Origin: an uncultured delta proteobacterium
Lineage (GTDB): Bacteria > Desulfobacterota > RBG-13-43-22
Length of the DNA stretch: 64,000 bases
Direction: 5' to 3'
NCBI GenBank assembly: GCA_963802945.1
Contig: CAWDKY010000017.1
Coordinates: 384,001-448,000, forward strand
Shown piece by piece: positions 32,436 through 42,662 of the stretch. Below the pieces are notes generated by a model. The model was not told where the DNA came from and made no database searches. It saw nothing but the letters and a program-made list of their open reading frames with translations. The position numbers and the translations under genes were made by a program. Position 1 is the stretch's first letter. Each line of letters opens with the position of its first letter.

Positions 32436-33326
32436 TTAAATTTCCTTTAAAATAAAATCCTTAAATTCCTGAGCCAAAGGTGAAAGGGTCCTTTGTTTCA
32501 GGGTGATGAGATAAAAATTTCGAGACAGTGGGAGTTTCCTGACCTTGATTTCTTGAAGCCGGCCCTGTTCCAGATCCTCAGAGACCGCCCGTCGGGAAAT
32601 AATCGAAATCCCTAGGCCGGCCTTCACGGCCTGTCGAACAGCTTCATTGCTTCCCATTTCAGCCGCTACCTGGAGATCTTTCAGGTCGAGATGGACTTTT
32701 TTTAGAGCCAATTCCAAAGCTTTCCGAGTTCCTGATCCTGGTTCTCGAAGAATGAAAGGAAGGCTGAAAAGATCTTTGGCCTCGACGGTCTTTTGTTTTC
32801 CCTTGATCTGTTTTGGGCTGGAGATGCAAACCATTTCATCTGTGGTCAGCAAATGACTGGAAATCCGCCGGTGTTCAATCAAGGCCCCGACTACTCCCAA
32901 CTCAATGGTGCCTTCCAGGACTTTCTCTTGAATATACTGGGTATCTCCAATCCACAATCGAATGCGTATTCCCGGAAATTGTTTTTTAAGGCGTCCGAAG
33001 AGGCCGGGTAAAATATATTGACCGGGGATATTGCTGCCTCCGATCAAAAGATCTCCCACCCCCTTGTCCCGAAATTGTTGCATGGCCCTCAACGAATCCT
33101 GCCGCAGGGCCAACATCTGCTTGGCGTATTGGTAAAGGAACCGGCCGGCCTTGGTGGGCACCACTTCTTTCCCTTGACGATCAAAGAGGGACAGCCCCAG
33201 ATCCTGTTCCAAAAGTCGGATATGTTCACTGACCGTGGGTTGTGAAAGATAGAGAGACTGGCCGGCTTTGGAAAAACTTTTCAGCTCGTAAGCCTTGGTA
33301 AAAACTTCCAGTCGTCTAAAATCCAT
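32436..33326 (-). CDS. LysR-family regulator (CysL / selenium-metabolism-associated type)
   Basis: HTH SFSKAGQSLYLSQPTVS; SNIPGQY and REPGSGTR motifs; directly upstream of selD. Confidence 0.9.
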   Translation of the reverse strand: MDFRRLEVFTKAYELKSFSKAGQSLYLSQPTVSEHIRLLEQDLGLSLFDRQGKEVVPTKAGRFLYQYAKQMLALRQDSLRAMQQFRDKGVGDLLIGGSNIPGQYILPGLFGRLKKQFPGIRIRLWIGDTQYIQEKVLEGTIELGVVGALIEHRRISSHLLTTDEMVCISSPKQIKGKQKTVEAKDLFSLPFILREPGSGTRKALELALKKVHLDLKDLQVAAEMGSNEAVRQAVKAGLGISIISRRAVSEDLEQGRLQEIKVRKLPLSRNFYLITLKQRTLSPLAQEFKDFILKEI

Positions 33327-33593
33327 TTAAGTGAATCTCCGAAAGCTCAAAGTTGAAAGCTCAAAGCAACTTCTTACGGCCCTATTTTTATATTAATATA
33401 AAGAGTATAAGATAAGCCCCAAGAGGGGTCAAGGGGAAAAACCAGGAGAAAAACTTAAGTGGAAAGCAAGGGCGATCTGGCGATCCGAGGGAACCCCGTA
33501 ATCTCAATCAAAGTTTTCCTTATAGAAGGGAAATAAGCCAATTTTTTAAAAAGGACTTTTCCCTTACTTTCTCCTTTGTGGCTATACGGCCTG

Positions 33594-34829
33594 TTAGTTG
33601 ATTTTTCGGAGGGCTGGAATAAAGAAGAACAATAGAATGGTGATCCCAATGCAGGTGAGGGCGATGACCGCAAGACCGAATTGCGGGCCTAAGGCTTCTG
33701 CAAGACCGCCGGCCAAAACAGCACCGACCGAAACAAAGCCTCTATCCAGGCTCATGAGACTTAAAACGCGTCCGTGGAAATTTTGTGGTGATTCTTCGAA
33801 TAAAAGAGAGATGTTTAATGAATTATAGGTGGTCGTCATGCCCCCGGCGATGATGAGAGCAATGGCGGAAAGGAAGAACCACCGGCTCTGTGAAAGGAGC
33901 AACAGGGCCATTCCGAAGATAACCAAGAAAACCATCAGTATCAAACCTCGCCGGGGTAATTGTCGGATAGAGGCCATCGTCAGGGAGCCGATCAGGGCAC
34001 CCATACCGGTGAGAGCCAGCATCCACCCGGCTCCGGAACGTCCGATATGCAGGACATTAAGTGCCAGGAGGGGCACGAATACCTGATGATAGGGTAGGCC
34101 GATTACGAAAATGACCAGGGCCATACCTACCAGATATAATACACGGCGGTTAGCCGCCATATAGCGGAATCCCTCCAGCAGGTCATGAAGTATTGAAGTC
34201 TTTTCATCAACCCCAGGTTTTTCCACTAAGGCAATTTTAGCGGTCGTCCAGATGACAAAAATAAAAATGACGGCATTCAACAGATAGACCTGCCCGTAGT
34301 CAAGAAAAATAAGCAATACCCCGGCCAGGCTGGCGCCCAATACACGCATGGTATTCATAGCGGCGGTATTCAGAGCGACGGCGTTGAGTATGATGTCTGA
34401 CGGAACCAGGCGAGGTATCAAGGATTGCCTGGCCGGCTGGTTAAAAGCCATAGAGCCGCCAGAGATAAAAGCAGTCACGAAAACGTGCCAGACCGCAATA
34501 CGTCCGGTGAGTATAAGGATAGCGAGAATGAGATGCATGATCATTGTGACCGATTGGCTGATCATCAACACAAACCGTTTGTTATACCTGTCGGCGATAA
34601 CACCGGCCAGAAGTCCGAAAAGAAACTGGGGTACCATTCTCACGGCGACTACAAATCCGACCTGAAGGGGGGAGCCGGTCAACTCGAGGATAAGAAGAGG
34701 GCGCACGACTTGTTCCATCCACATCGTTGCCGAATGACCGAGTTGTCCCAGCCACATATAACGGTAACCGGGATAGTGGAGAGCTTGGAAGGTACCGGGC
34801 ACTTTTGTTCCTTTTTTATCAGTTCTCAA
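33594..34829 (-). CDS. MFS transporter
   Basis: About 12 hydrophobic segments; motif A GVIADRYNKR; PARQSLIP. Confidence 0.9.
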   Translation of the reverse strand: MRTDKKGTKVPGTFQALHYPGYRYMWLGQLGHSATMWMEQVVRPLLILELTGSPLQVGFVVAVRMVPQFLFGLLAGVIADRYNKRFVLMISQSVTMIMHLILAILILTGRIAVWHVFVTAFISGGSMAFNQPARQSLIPRLVPSDIILNAVALNTAAMNTMRVLGASLAGVLLIFLDYGQVYLLNAVIFIFVIWTTAKIALVEKPGVDEKTSILHDLLEGFRYMAANRRVLYLVGMALVIFVIGLPYHQVFVPLLALNVLHIGRSGAGWMLALTGMGALIGSLTMASIRQLPRRGLILMVFLVIFGMALLLLSQSRWFFLSAIALIIAGGMTTTYNSLNISLLFEESPQNFHGRVLSLMSLDRGFVSVGAVLAGGLAEALGPQFGLAVIALTCIGITILLFFFIPALRKIN

Positions 34830-34879
34830 ACGATAGGCTTTATTTTTTTTAGGAAAACCCCGATTCTGCCGGGACTCTC

Positions 34880-35070
34880 AGAGTTTGACCATTCCGGGAG
34901 AATAAGGAAGCCTCCAACCTGTGAATCGCTCAATGTCTACAAAAGAGGACGCTTTCAATAAAGGCTTGAAAAGTTTAACCCATACCACGTGGAAATGTAA
35001 ATACCGGATTGTGTGGATACCGTAATATCGGAAAAAGAAATTACCTGGGCAAATACGCAGAAATTTGGGA
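34880..35070 (+). pseudogene. IS200/IS605-family tnpA 5' relic with presumed left-end sequence
   Basis: 34966-35070 translates LKSLTHTTWKCKYRIVWIP*YRKKKLPGQIRRNLG, like the TnpA N-terminus; premature TAA and truncation. Confidence 0.75.
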
Positions 35071-35361
35071 TCTCTATTGAAGGGGTTAACATCCCAGGAA
35101 ACAATAATAGTTGGTGACCCTAGTTTACAGGCGGCAGGGCACGAAAGTCTGGTGATCCAAGGAACCCGTGGGCTCTTGATCATGGACTTCTTCATAAAAA
35201 GGAAGTCGAGAATCCGATGAATCTATTTGAAGCTCGAGGGAATTGGGCTTGGGTGTGGATCTCTAATTGAACATGAATAGCGAGCACATCCTCGCCCCGT
35301 AGTTAACTTGTCTGCTGTGTCAAAAATAATGGGAGTTGTTGTACTAGTTCTCTGAATAGGG

Positions 35362-35407
35362 TGGAGCTGGCGATGGGATTTGAACCCGCGGCCTGCTGAT
35401 TACGAAT
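35362..35407 (-). repeat. att site: duplicated 3' part of tRNA-Thr
   Basis: 46-bp direct repeat of 42663-42708 with 2 mismatches; lacks the 5' half of the tRNA. Confidence 0.92.
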
Positions 35408-35547
35408 TTTTTCTTATTTCTAAATTTGACACGCCAATTATCAACAATTTATCAAAATAATTATAAAAAGTAACAGGACAGTTCGGGAACATTTTCTATT
35501 AAAAAGACAGTTTCTAACCCTTTTCTTCCGCCAGATTTCCGCTATAT

Positions 35548-35575
35548 TTGACAACTATGTAGGTTCTGTTATAAT
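35548..35575 (+). promoter_or_regulatory. Consensus sigma70 promoter
   Basis: TTGACA-N16-TATAAT with TG extension, before RBS GGAGG and ATG at 35602. Confidence 0.6.
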
Positions 35576-35601
35576 TTCTAAAAATTTATGGAGGGAATAA
35601 T

Positions 35602-36096
35602 ATGAAATAGATTGCATTAAGTTTAACAGGTTTGGAAATATTTTTTATTGTAACTACTATTTTATCCCTTATTTTAAATGTGATTCAATTTATGATTGGT
35701 TATAAAAATAAATAAAATATATTTAGACCAATTTATAGTTCGTTGATAGCTATATTTAATGATGTTAAAGCAATCACAATGCGTGCCCAATTAGAACTAC
35801 ATGTACTTGCTAACCCCAAAAACCCACACACTATAGAGACGTTAAAATGGCATGCAAGTTCTTTTACCCAATCGTTTATAACCAACATGCGAGGTTTACA
35901 GGAAGCAATTGTTGGTCTTTTGGTAACGTTGAATCCAAAGGACAGAGAGGGTAAAGAGGTTTTTAGGGCATCTGAATATGGACAAACAGAAGATGAAAAA
36001 AAATTAAAAAGAGAATTTACAGCAAATTTTGTGCGTCAGCAATTTCCACACCTTCAAGGGAATATTAAACCAGAAGAAAAACCAGAAATAAAATAA
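35602..36096 (+). pseudogene. Hypothetical membrane-anchored protein with two in-frame stops
   Basis: ATG 35602 is in frame with ORF 35743-36096; TAG at codon 3, TAA near 35713; hydrophobic N-terminal stretch. Confidence 0.55.
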
Positions 36097-36186
36097 TAAA
36101 TAGAATATTATTTTTACTTTTGAGGTGGTCCCCAAAAACTGGACAATATGATAAGCTCTGAGTCAACGAGACGAAAGGAGTTGACC

Positions 36187-36468
36187 ATGAGCAAGAAACG
36201 AAAGCAACACCCCCCGGAATTTAAAGCCAAAGTCGCCTTGGCGGCCATTCGTAACGAGGAGACCATCTCCGAACTGGCTGCCCGATTCGGTGTTCATCCC
36301 ACCATGATTCACAGCTGGAAACGAGCCCTGTTGGAAGGGGCCTCAGACCTCTTTGATAAGGGCCATAAAGCCCGCCAGGACATCGAATCTCAGGTCGATG
36401 AACTGTATCGCCAGATCGGACGCCTCAAGGTGGAACGCGATTTTTTATCCAAAAAGCTCAATCTCTAA
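36187..36468 (+). CDS. IS3-family transposase OrfA
   Basis: RKQHPPEFKAKVALAA HTH; LYRQIGRLKVERDFL. Confidence 0.9.
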   Translation: MSKKRKQHPPEFKAKVALAAIRNEETISELAARFGVHPTMIHSWKRALLEGASDLFDKGHKARQDIESQVDELYRQIGRLKVERDFLSKKLNL

Positions 36469-36513
36469 GCCGAAAACAACGGAAGTCTATGATCGACCTT
36501 AAGGATCCCAAAC

Positions 36514-37624
36514 GGCAGATTCTACTTCAAAGTGCACCACTAAGAGCCTGACAGAAGACCGCATGAGGGGTCTGGTAGTGGAGACATTTTCTGGGGCGAT
36601 TATTTAGTTTTTTAACGACAAAAGCAATCTCTTTTTCCGATATCTTTTGGAAATCAGTTCCTTTTGGGAAATATTGTCTTAACAGACCATTTGTATTTTC
36701 ATTGATTCCCCGCTGCCAAGCTGCATAGGGGTCTGCGAAATAGACTTTTAACCCGGTTTTATTTTCGAGCTCTTTGAAATTAGAAAATTCTTTACCATTA
36801 TCAACGGTGAGGGTATGGCGTAGGGTCCGGGGAGCTTTCCGAAAGGATTTAATGCTTTGCTGAGTCATGGTGTTGGAGGTCTTGTCCGAGAGCTTGGCTG
36901 CCAATAGATAACGGCCTTTACGCTCGACATGAGTGGCCAGGCCCCCTTTTCCTTTTCCACCTTCCAGCGTGTCCCCTTCCCAGTCCCCAAACCGTTGGCG
37001 TAAATCAACCAGGGATGGACGTTGATCAATGGAAACACGCCCAGGGATAAAACGTCTTCCCGAGCCATAGCGTCTTTGTTTGCGGCGTTTTTTGTGACGG
37101 CGTCTCTGATAGCAGTAGAGATCGCCACCTTGTTGAGCATCTTGAAATATCCACCGATAAATAGTTTCCTGGCAGATACGCATGGTTTTATCGTTTGGGT
37201 GATCAAGCTTTAGGTGAGCAGCAATAACTTCCGGAGGCCATTCGATACGGATTTTAGCTTCAACATATTCAACCAGCGTACGGTGATCATGCCGGCGATA
37301 ATGCCGGGCTTTATGACGCCGCTCAATGGCCCGGGGTTGTGTGAAATCGTACCAGTATATTCTTTCAGGATAGGTTGGGCCGTTACGTTTGATCTCCCGA
37401 CTAATGGTGGCATGGTCTCGCCCGAGACGACGTCCAATCTCCCGTAGCGAAAAACCGGCCACCTTCAAATGGCTGATGACATATCGATCTTTTTCTGTAA
37501 GATGGGTATAGGGCATGATGGGTCCCTTTCTGGGGTGCGTGTTGGTCGTGCTTCACACACTACCAGAAAATCCCATCATGTCCTGCGGTTATCTAATGTG
37601 GCGCACTTGCAAGTAGAATCTGCC
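36514..37624 (-). mobile_element. IS30-family insertion sequence (1111 bp)
   Basis: 27-bp IR GGCAGATTCTACTTCAAAGTGCACCAC / GTGGCGCACTTGCAAGTAGAATCTGCC around a single transposase. Confidence 0.93.
36527..37516 (-). CDS. IS30-family transposase
   Basis: [41 protein letters not shown] and LNNRPRK motifs. Confidence 0.95.
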   Translation of the reverse strand: MPYTHLTEKDRYVISHLKVAGFSLREIGRRLGRDHATISREIKRNGPTYPERIYWYDFTQPRAIERRHKARHYRRHDHRTLVEYVEAKIRIEWPPEVIAAHLKLDHPNDKTMRICQETIYRWIFQDAQQGGDLYCYQRRRHKKRRKQRRYGSGRRFIPGRVSIDQRPSLVDLRQRFGDWEGDTLEGGKGKGGLATHVERKGRYLLAAKLSDKTSNTMTQQSIKSFRKAPRTLRHTLTVDNGKEFSNFKELENKTGLKVYFADPYAAWQRGINENTNGLLRQYFPKGTDFQKISEKEIAFVVKKLNNRPRKCLHYQTPHAVFCQALSGAL

Positions 37625-38436
37625 AAGTAAGCGTCTGCAATCAGTGCCGGTTATTGAATCTGAACCGGTCTTCCGTCTATTACCAGCCAGTGAAAACCTC
37701 GTCCCAGGACTTGGCCTGGATGCGGTTAATCGATGAGCAATATCTGAAGGCGCCCTTTTACGGATCACGATCCATGACGCTTCATTTTCGGAGGTTGGGC
37801 TATAACATCAACCGGAAACGCATCCGAAGGCTGATGCGACGTATGGGGATAGAGGCGGTCTATCCCAAGCCGAAAACCAGCCGGCCTCATCCAGATCACA
37901 AGATCTATCCCTACCGGCTTAGAGAGCTAACCATTGATCGACCCAATCAGGTTTGGGCCGCGGATATCACCTATGTCCCCATGTCCCGGGGTTTTATGTT
38001 TCTGGTGGCGATCATAGACTGGTACAGTCGAAAGGTCCTGTCCTTTAAACTGTCCAATACCCTGGATACGGATTTTTGTCTGGAGGCCGTCCAGGAGGCC
38101 ATTCAGATCTATGGACCTCCCGAAATCTTTAATACCGATCAAGGAGCCCAGTTTACCATCTGGGCCTTTACCGGCTTATTAGAACAACACCAGATTCTCA
38201 TCAGTATGGACGGCCGAGGCCGGGTCCAGGACAATATTTTTATTGGACGACTCTGGTGGACAGTCAAATATCAGTTCCTCTATCTCCGGAGCTTCGACAA
38301 CGGTTCCGCACTGCGTGTTGGGTTGAAGGAGTGGTTCCAGGTCTACAACCAGGAACGCCCCCACCAAACATTTGATATTCTAACCCTGGATGAGGTATAT
38401 TATGGCTTAACTGCTCCAGTGATCCAGGCAGCCTGA
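37625..38436 (+). pseudogene. IS3-family transposase OrfB, separated from OrfA
   Basis: FYGSR, WAADITY and NTDQGAQF motifs; DNIFIGRLW has Gly at the expected catalytic Glu. Confidence 0.88.
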
Positions 38437-38691
38437 GGCCTGTAATAAAGACAAGACTCAAAGCTTATTCACATGTTCAGGTTGTCCAACTACTGGGGTC
38501 CAACACCAGGTCCCGCGGCCATTAATGTAAATACTAGTTCGAAATCACGTTATTCTTGCAAAAAAGAGCAGGTATTGCGCCTTATGCCCTTCTGGGACAG
38601 GAAAAATGGCGTAGAGGTTTCCCACGCAGAGCGTAGGAGTTGGCTAAATTAGAAATTAGAAATCTCCTTTCAAAGGAGATAGAGAATAACA

Positions 38692-39775
38692 TTGTCCCGA
38701 ATTAAAAATCTATCCTCTCCGGTAAAATGCTTGATATTTTTTTTGATCCTGGGGACACTTTTTGCCACAGGCGAGTTTTCGATTCGGATTTATGCGAGAT
38801 CCCACTGGAAACGGGCGATCAGGATCGGGGATCTCTGCCGTTTCGATGATTCCCTGGGCTATCGACTCAAGGAGAATTATGATGGAGGAAGCTTTAAGGT
38901 TAATTCAAAAGGGATAGTTGGGCCAGAATATACGATTGATAAAAAAACATCATATAGAATTATAGTTCTGGGGGATTCATGTTCTTTTACTCCACAGCCT
39001 GATTCATGGCCTTTTGAATTAGAGAAAAGCCTTAATGAGGCGGGGAAAGATAAAACTCTAAAGAGTAAAGTCTGGAGCTTTGAAGTAATAAATGGGTCGG
39101 TTTCGGGATATACAAGCCTTCAATGCGCCGAATGGTATACTACGGAGCTTTCGGATTATAAGCATGAAGCAACGTTGATAATGGTGGGATGGAATGATAT
39201 GTGGTCATATAATCCATTTACTCCCCGCTACACCGAATTTAATCAGAACCGAAAATATAAACAACGTTTCATAGATAAGATTTCTTCGCTCTATACTGTC
39301 AGGGCAGTCATTTCTGTCCTGCGCATGTTTGGAGCGAGGGGCAAATCTTATGACAGTGAGCTGACACCTGACCAGGTCAGCCGGTTCAAAGATTTTTCTC
39401 CGAGCTATTATGAAGAAAGCCTTCGTGAAATTATTAAGAAGGCGAGAGAATCAGGCAGCCAGCCGTTTCTTGTTGAGCGCCCCGCGATTCTTAATGATCA
39501 TATGACATTCAATGAAATCAATCGCTGTCACTTCCCTTTCAAGGTTCCTCATAATGTCGAGATTTTAAAAAAGCTCGATTTGATTTATAATAATGCAATG
39601 GAAAAAGTGGCCCAGGAAGAGAAAGTCGAGATTTTACGCACACGACAGCTTTTTACAACCGATGCAAGAAAGGAAGCATTTTAACGATACCTGTCATTTT
39701 GATTCAGATGCGAGCAGCCGGATCGGCAAGGAAGTCGCGGATGAATTAATTCAAAAGATGGGTTGGAATAAATAA
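38692..39775 (+). CDS. SGNH/GDSL hydrolase with N-terminal membrane anchor, frameshift near 39680
   Basis: LGDSCS, SVSGYTS and VGWND motifs; catalytic DTCH lies in the shifted frame. Confidence 0.8.
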
Positions 39776-39934
39776 AGAAACACAGATTCTTTAACCGGAA
39801 ATGCTTAAATTGGTTGTCGTTGATTTTATTTCCTGAGGGTTGTAAAATTACGTAAGGGATGAAGGCAAGTCTTAATTGGTATGGGAATACTTTTATTAGA
39901 CTTGAAGTTAAAAATCCGCTTCTCTCGATAATTT

Positions 39935-40391
39935 ATGGACAAAATATTTTTTAAGATTATCTCCGGTGGCCAGACAGGGATTGATAGGGCAGTTCTCGAC
40001 GTGGCCTTAGAATTTGGCATTCCTTGTGGAGGCTGGTGTCCGAATGGCCGAAAGGCTGAGGATGGCCCAATGGACCCAAGGTATCCCCTTAAAGAAACAT
40101 AGGACAGAGAAGAAGGTAAGGGAAGCTGATGGAACCCTTATTTTGACTAAGGGACCAGTAAAAGAGGGAACTGCCCTAACAGTACAGTTAGCCATTGAAT
40201 ATGAAAAACCTTACCTGATAATTGACTTAGACAACAAAATAGATCCCCTTATGATCAGAGAGTGGGGAGAGAAAAACGAGATTGAAATTCTTAATGTTGC
40301 CGGGCCAAGGGAAAGCAGGGTTCCGGGGATTTATGACCAGGCAGTTGATTTTCTAAAGAAGGTGTTAATTCCCGTAAATTCTGAGTCATGA
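39935..40391 (+). pseudogene. Putative molybdenum-carrier (SLOG superfamily) protein with internal deletion/frameshift
   Basis: [29 protein letters not shown], then other frame RTEKKVREADGTL..LNVAGPRES. Confidence 0.8.
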
Positions 40392-40588
40392 AGATTAAAA
40401 ACACTTTGAAACGAGAATACGCTGTCCTTGAAAAAGAGGTCCGGGAAATTCAAACCCTGGCCAACTCCCTTGATTCAAAAGACCCGAAACAGTTAGAAAC
40501 CGACCTCTGGAACCTCGAAAACAAAATCAATGATTTGAGGTCGTTTATCTGGAACCATTTGATTGGAGAGAAGCAAGATGAGAAGTAA
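40388..40588 (+). CDS. Small coiled-coil hypothetical protein
   Basis: 66 aa ORF with ATGA overlap; heptad-like pattern. Confidence 0.45.
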   Translation: MKIKNTLKREYAVLEKEVREIQTLANSLDSKDPKQLETDLWNLENKINDLRSFIWNHLIGEKQDEK

Positions 40589-40785
40589 CCAATAGGCACC
40601 GTGAGGATGAAAGCTGACAATACAGGAATCCATTTTGAACCAAAATATTTAAAGAACAGGTAATCTAAAAGGGCCAAAAAACTTGACCTTAAACAGAGAT
40701 GAAAACTGATAATACTGGATAGGCCGACGACTTTCTACCGGCCCGCATTCCTTCAGGCTTTAGAGGAACCAAGGAGGGTAAGCAT

Positions 40786-40992
40786 ATGGGAAGACTTTTG
40801 ATAGTCTTTCTTCTGTTTTTGATTCCTGGTCTCTTTATCTTCATTGCCAAGGTGCAAATCCCATGGGAGAGGGTTAACGTATTTTGGCTGATGGCGTTTA
40901 TATTCCATATCCCCTTAATGCTGTTTTTTATTTCTGCGGTCATGGTAGAAATAATGGATAGTATGAGAAAGAAAAGATCAGAAATTCTCTGA
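40786..40992 (+). CDS. Small two-TM hypothetical protein
   Basis: RBS AAGGAGG; two hydrophobic segments with a basic tail. Confidence 0.5.
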   Translation: MGRLLIVFLLFLIPGLFIFIAKVQIPWERVNVFWLMAFIFHIPLMLFFISAVMVEIMDSMRKKRSEIL

Positions 40993-41136
40993 TGCGAATA
41001 AGCTGGGCACCGGAAAATGTTATAGCTCGTGGTAGGGCCGAGAGAAAGCAGAGTTCCGGGGATTCATAACCAGGCGGCGCTCATGACGTGAGCCTAGCGG
41101 TAATAAATCTTGGATAGATTTGAAAAGGGAGATCGT

Positions 41137-41577
41137 ATGAAGAAATTTATAATTGTGATGTTAGCGTGTATGCTGGCGGGATGTGCAATTAATAGTGATC
41201 TGAAACAAAAAAAGAGTGATATCTCTGTTGTCAAAGTGGGCGCAAAACAATATGAAATAGAAAATCAATTGGGAAAGGCATTAGAAACCAAGACGGAGGG
41301 AAACACCAAGACTTGTGTCTATTATGTGTATTATGTTGAATGGGGCAATTATTATGTCAAATCGGGCGATCCGATTGCTAGACAGGGTGTATTGGACGCC
41401 ATAGGAGATTGGACGCTTCTGAAAATTTCGGGTAGTAAAGATGAAGCTGATAAAATAATAAAATTTAAATTCACAATTACGTATCTTGATGATTTTTGTA
41501 CAAATATCAAGGTATTGCCTCTTGAAACAGAGAATCCAGGAGATTTGGGAAAGGGTAAGGAGAACCAGAAACCATAG
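41137..41577 (+). CDS. Hypothetical lipoprotein
   Basis: MKK, hydrophobic core and LAGC lipobox. Confidence 0.65.
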   Translation: MKKFIIVMLACMLAGCAINSDLKQKKSDISVVKVGAKQYEIENQLGKALETKTEGNTKTCVYYVYYVEWGNYYVKSGDPIARQGVLDAIGDWTLLKISGSKDEADKIIKFKFTITYLDDFCTNIKVLPLETENPGDLGKGKENQKP

Positions 41578-41792
41578 ACCAAAGAAGGCTAGAAAAAAAA
41601 TAAGAAACAGGAATGTGTTTTACTTGCCTGTGCAGCAGAGGTAATCACCATTTCTAATCATAATCCTTAACTTTTTTATGAAACAATTTAGTAGGAGGTG
41701 AAGTCCCCAGGCAGAAGGGTCTGCCATTTCTTTTCATACTCTTACAAAAAGAACCTATACGGGCTAATCTGACCCTTATTCTGGAGGTCACA

Positions 41793-42341
41793 ATGAGAAA
41801 ACCCATTGCCCCTTTTTTCCTTTTTACAGTTTTTATTTTATTGTTCATCCCTTCCTTGTCCTATCCCCTAAATCTAATCCTGAACAATACTCCGGTCCAG
41901 GTCTATTTCAGCCCTAACGGGGGAGCTGCCGAAGCCATTATTCAAGAGATCGATCAAGCCAAGACAGAAATCCTGGTCCAAGCCTATACCTTCACCTCTC
42001 AGCCAATAGCCAACGCCCTTCTTTCAGCCCACAAGCGAGGAATAAAGGTTCAGGTTATTCTGGATAAGAGCCAGAGGTCTGAAAAGTACACTTCCGTGAG
42101 CTTTATGGCTAATGTAGGTATTCCAACCTATATTGATGACCGCCACGCCATCGCCCACAATAAAATTATGGTCATTGACAGGGAGACGGTTATCACAGGG
42201 TCCTTTAATTTCACTAAAGCGGCAGAAAAGAGAAATGCTGAAAATCTCTTGATCGTCAAGTCTAAAGAACTGGCCAAACCATATATGGACAACTGGAACC
42301 AATATAAGGGTCATTCCGAGCCCTACCAAGCTAGGTATTAG
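41793..42341 (+). CDS. Phospholipase D-family nuclease (Nuc-like), signal peptide
   Basis: YFSP, single HKD motif HNKIMVID, GSFNFT and NAEN. Confidence 0.9.
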   Translation: MRKPIAPFFLFTVFILLFIPSLSYPLNLILNNTPVQVYFSPNGGAAEAIIQEIDQAKTEILVQAYTFTSQPIANALLSAHKRGIKVQVILDKSQRSEKYTSVSFMANVGIPTYIDDRHAIAHNKIMVIDRETVITGSFNFTKAAEKRNAENLLIVKSKELAKPYMDNWNQYKGHSEPYQARY

Positions 42342-42404
42342 GGGGATAAATATGGCTTTGTGTAGATATTTGGAGAAACATGCTTGGCCTAATGGATGAG
42401 TTAA

Positions 42405-42570
42405 GACAAAATATTTCAAGGATTATCTTTGTGGCCAGACAGGAGTTGATAGGGCTGCTCTGGAGGTCTCCTTGGAATTTGGTATTCCTTGTAGGAGTTG
42501 GTGTTCCCAGGGGAGATTATTAGAAGAAGAAGGGTTCAAATCGACCGGCAAATTATATCCGATTAATCCT
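42405..42570 (+). pseudogene. Second, degraded 5' fragment of the molybdenum-carrier/SLOG gene
   Basis: GTGGCCAGACAGG...TTGATAGGGC...GAATTTGG..ATTCCTTGT is similar to 39937-40045. Confidence 0.7.
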
Positions 42571-42662
42571 TAGATGTCTTTCTTTTTCACTTTTATAATT
42601 AGTTATAGGTTAGCAATAAATTAAAATAGTTCAGGTAAATTATGTATAACCTATTTAAAATA

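Larger units (their letters stand above)
36121..38508 (+). mobile_element. IS3-family element interrupted by an IS30
   Basis: IR TGAGGTGGTCCCCAAAAACTGGACAA / TTGTCCAACTACTGGGGTCCAACACCA; orfA/orfB organisation with TTTTTTATCCAAAAAG slippery region. Confidence 0.9.

Noticed and set aside
35362-35407. Second tRNA-Thr gene
   Set aside because: Only the 3' 46 nt are present; it lacks the D arm and 5' acceptor strand, so it is an att repeat
40606-40719. 22-bp imperfect direct repeat GATGAAAGCTGACAATACAGGA / GATGAAAACTGATAATACTGGA
   Set aside because: Only two copies with three mismatches; no function can be supported
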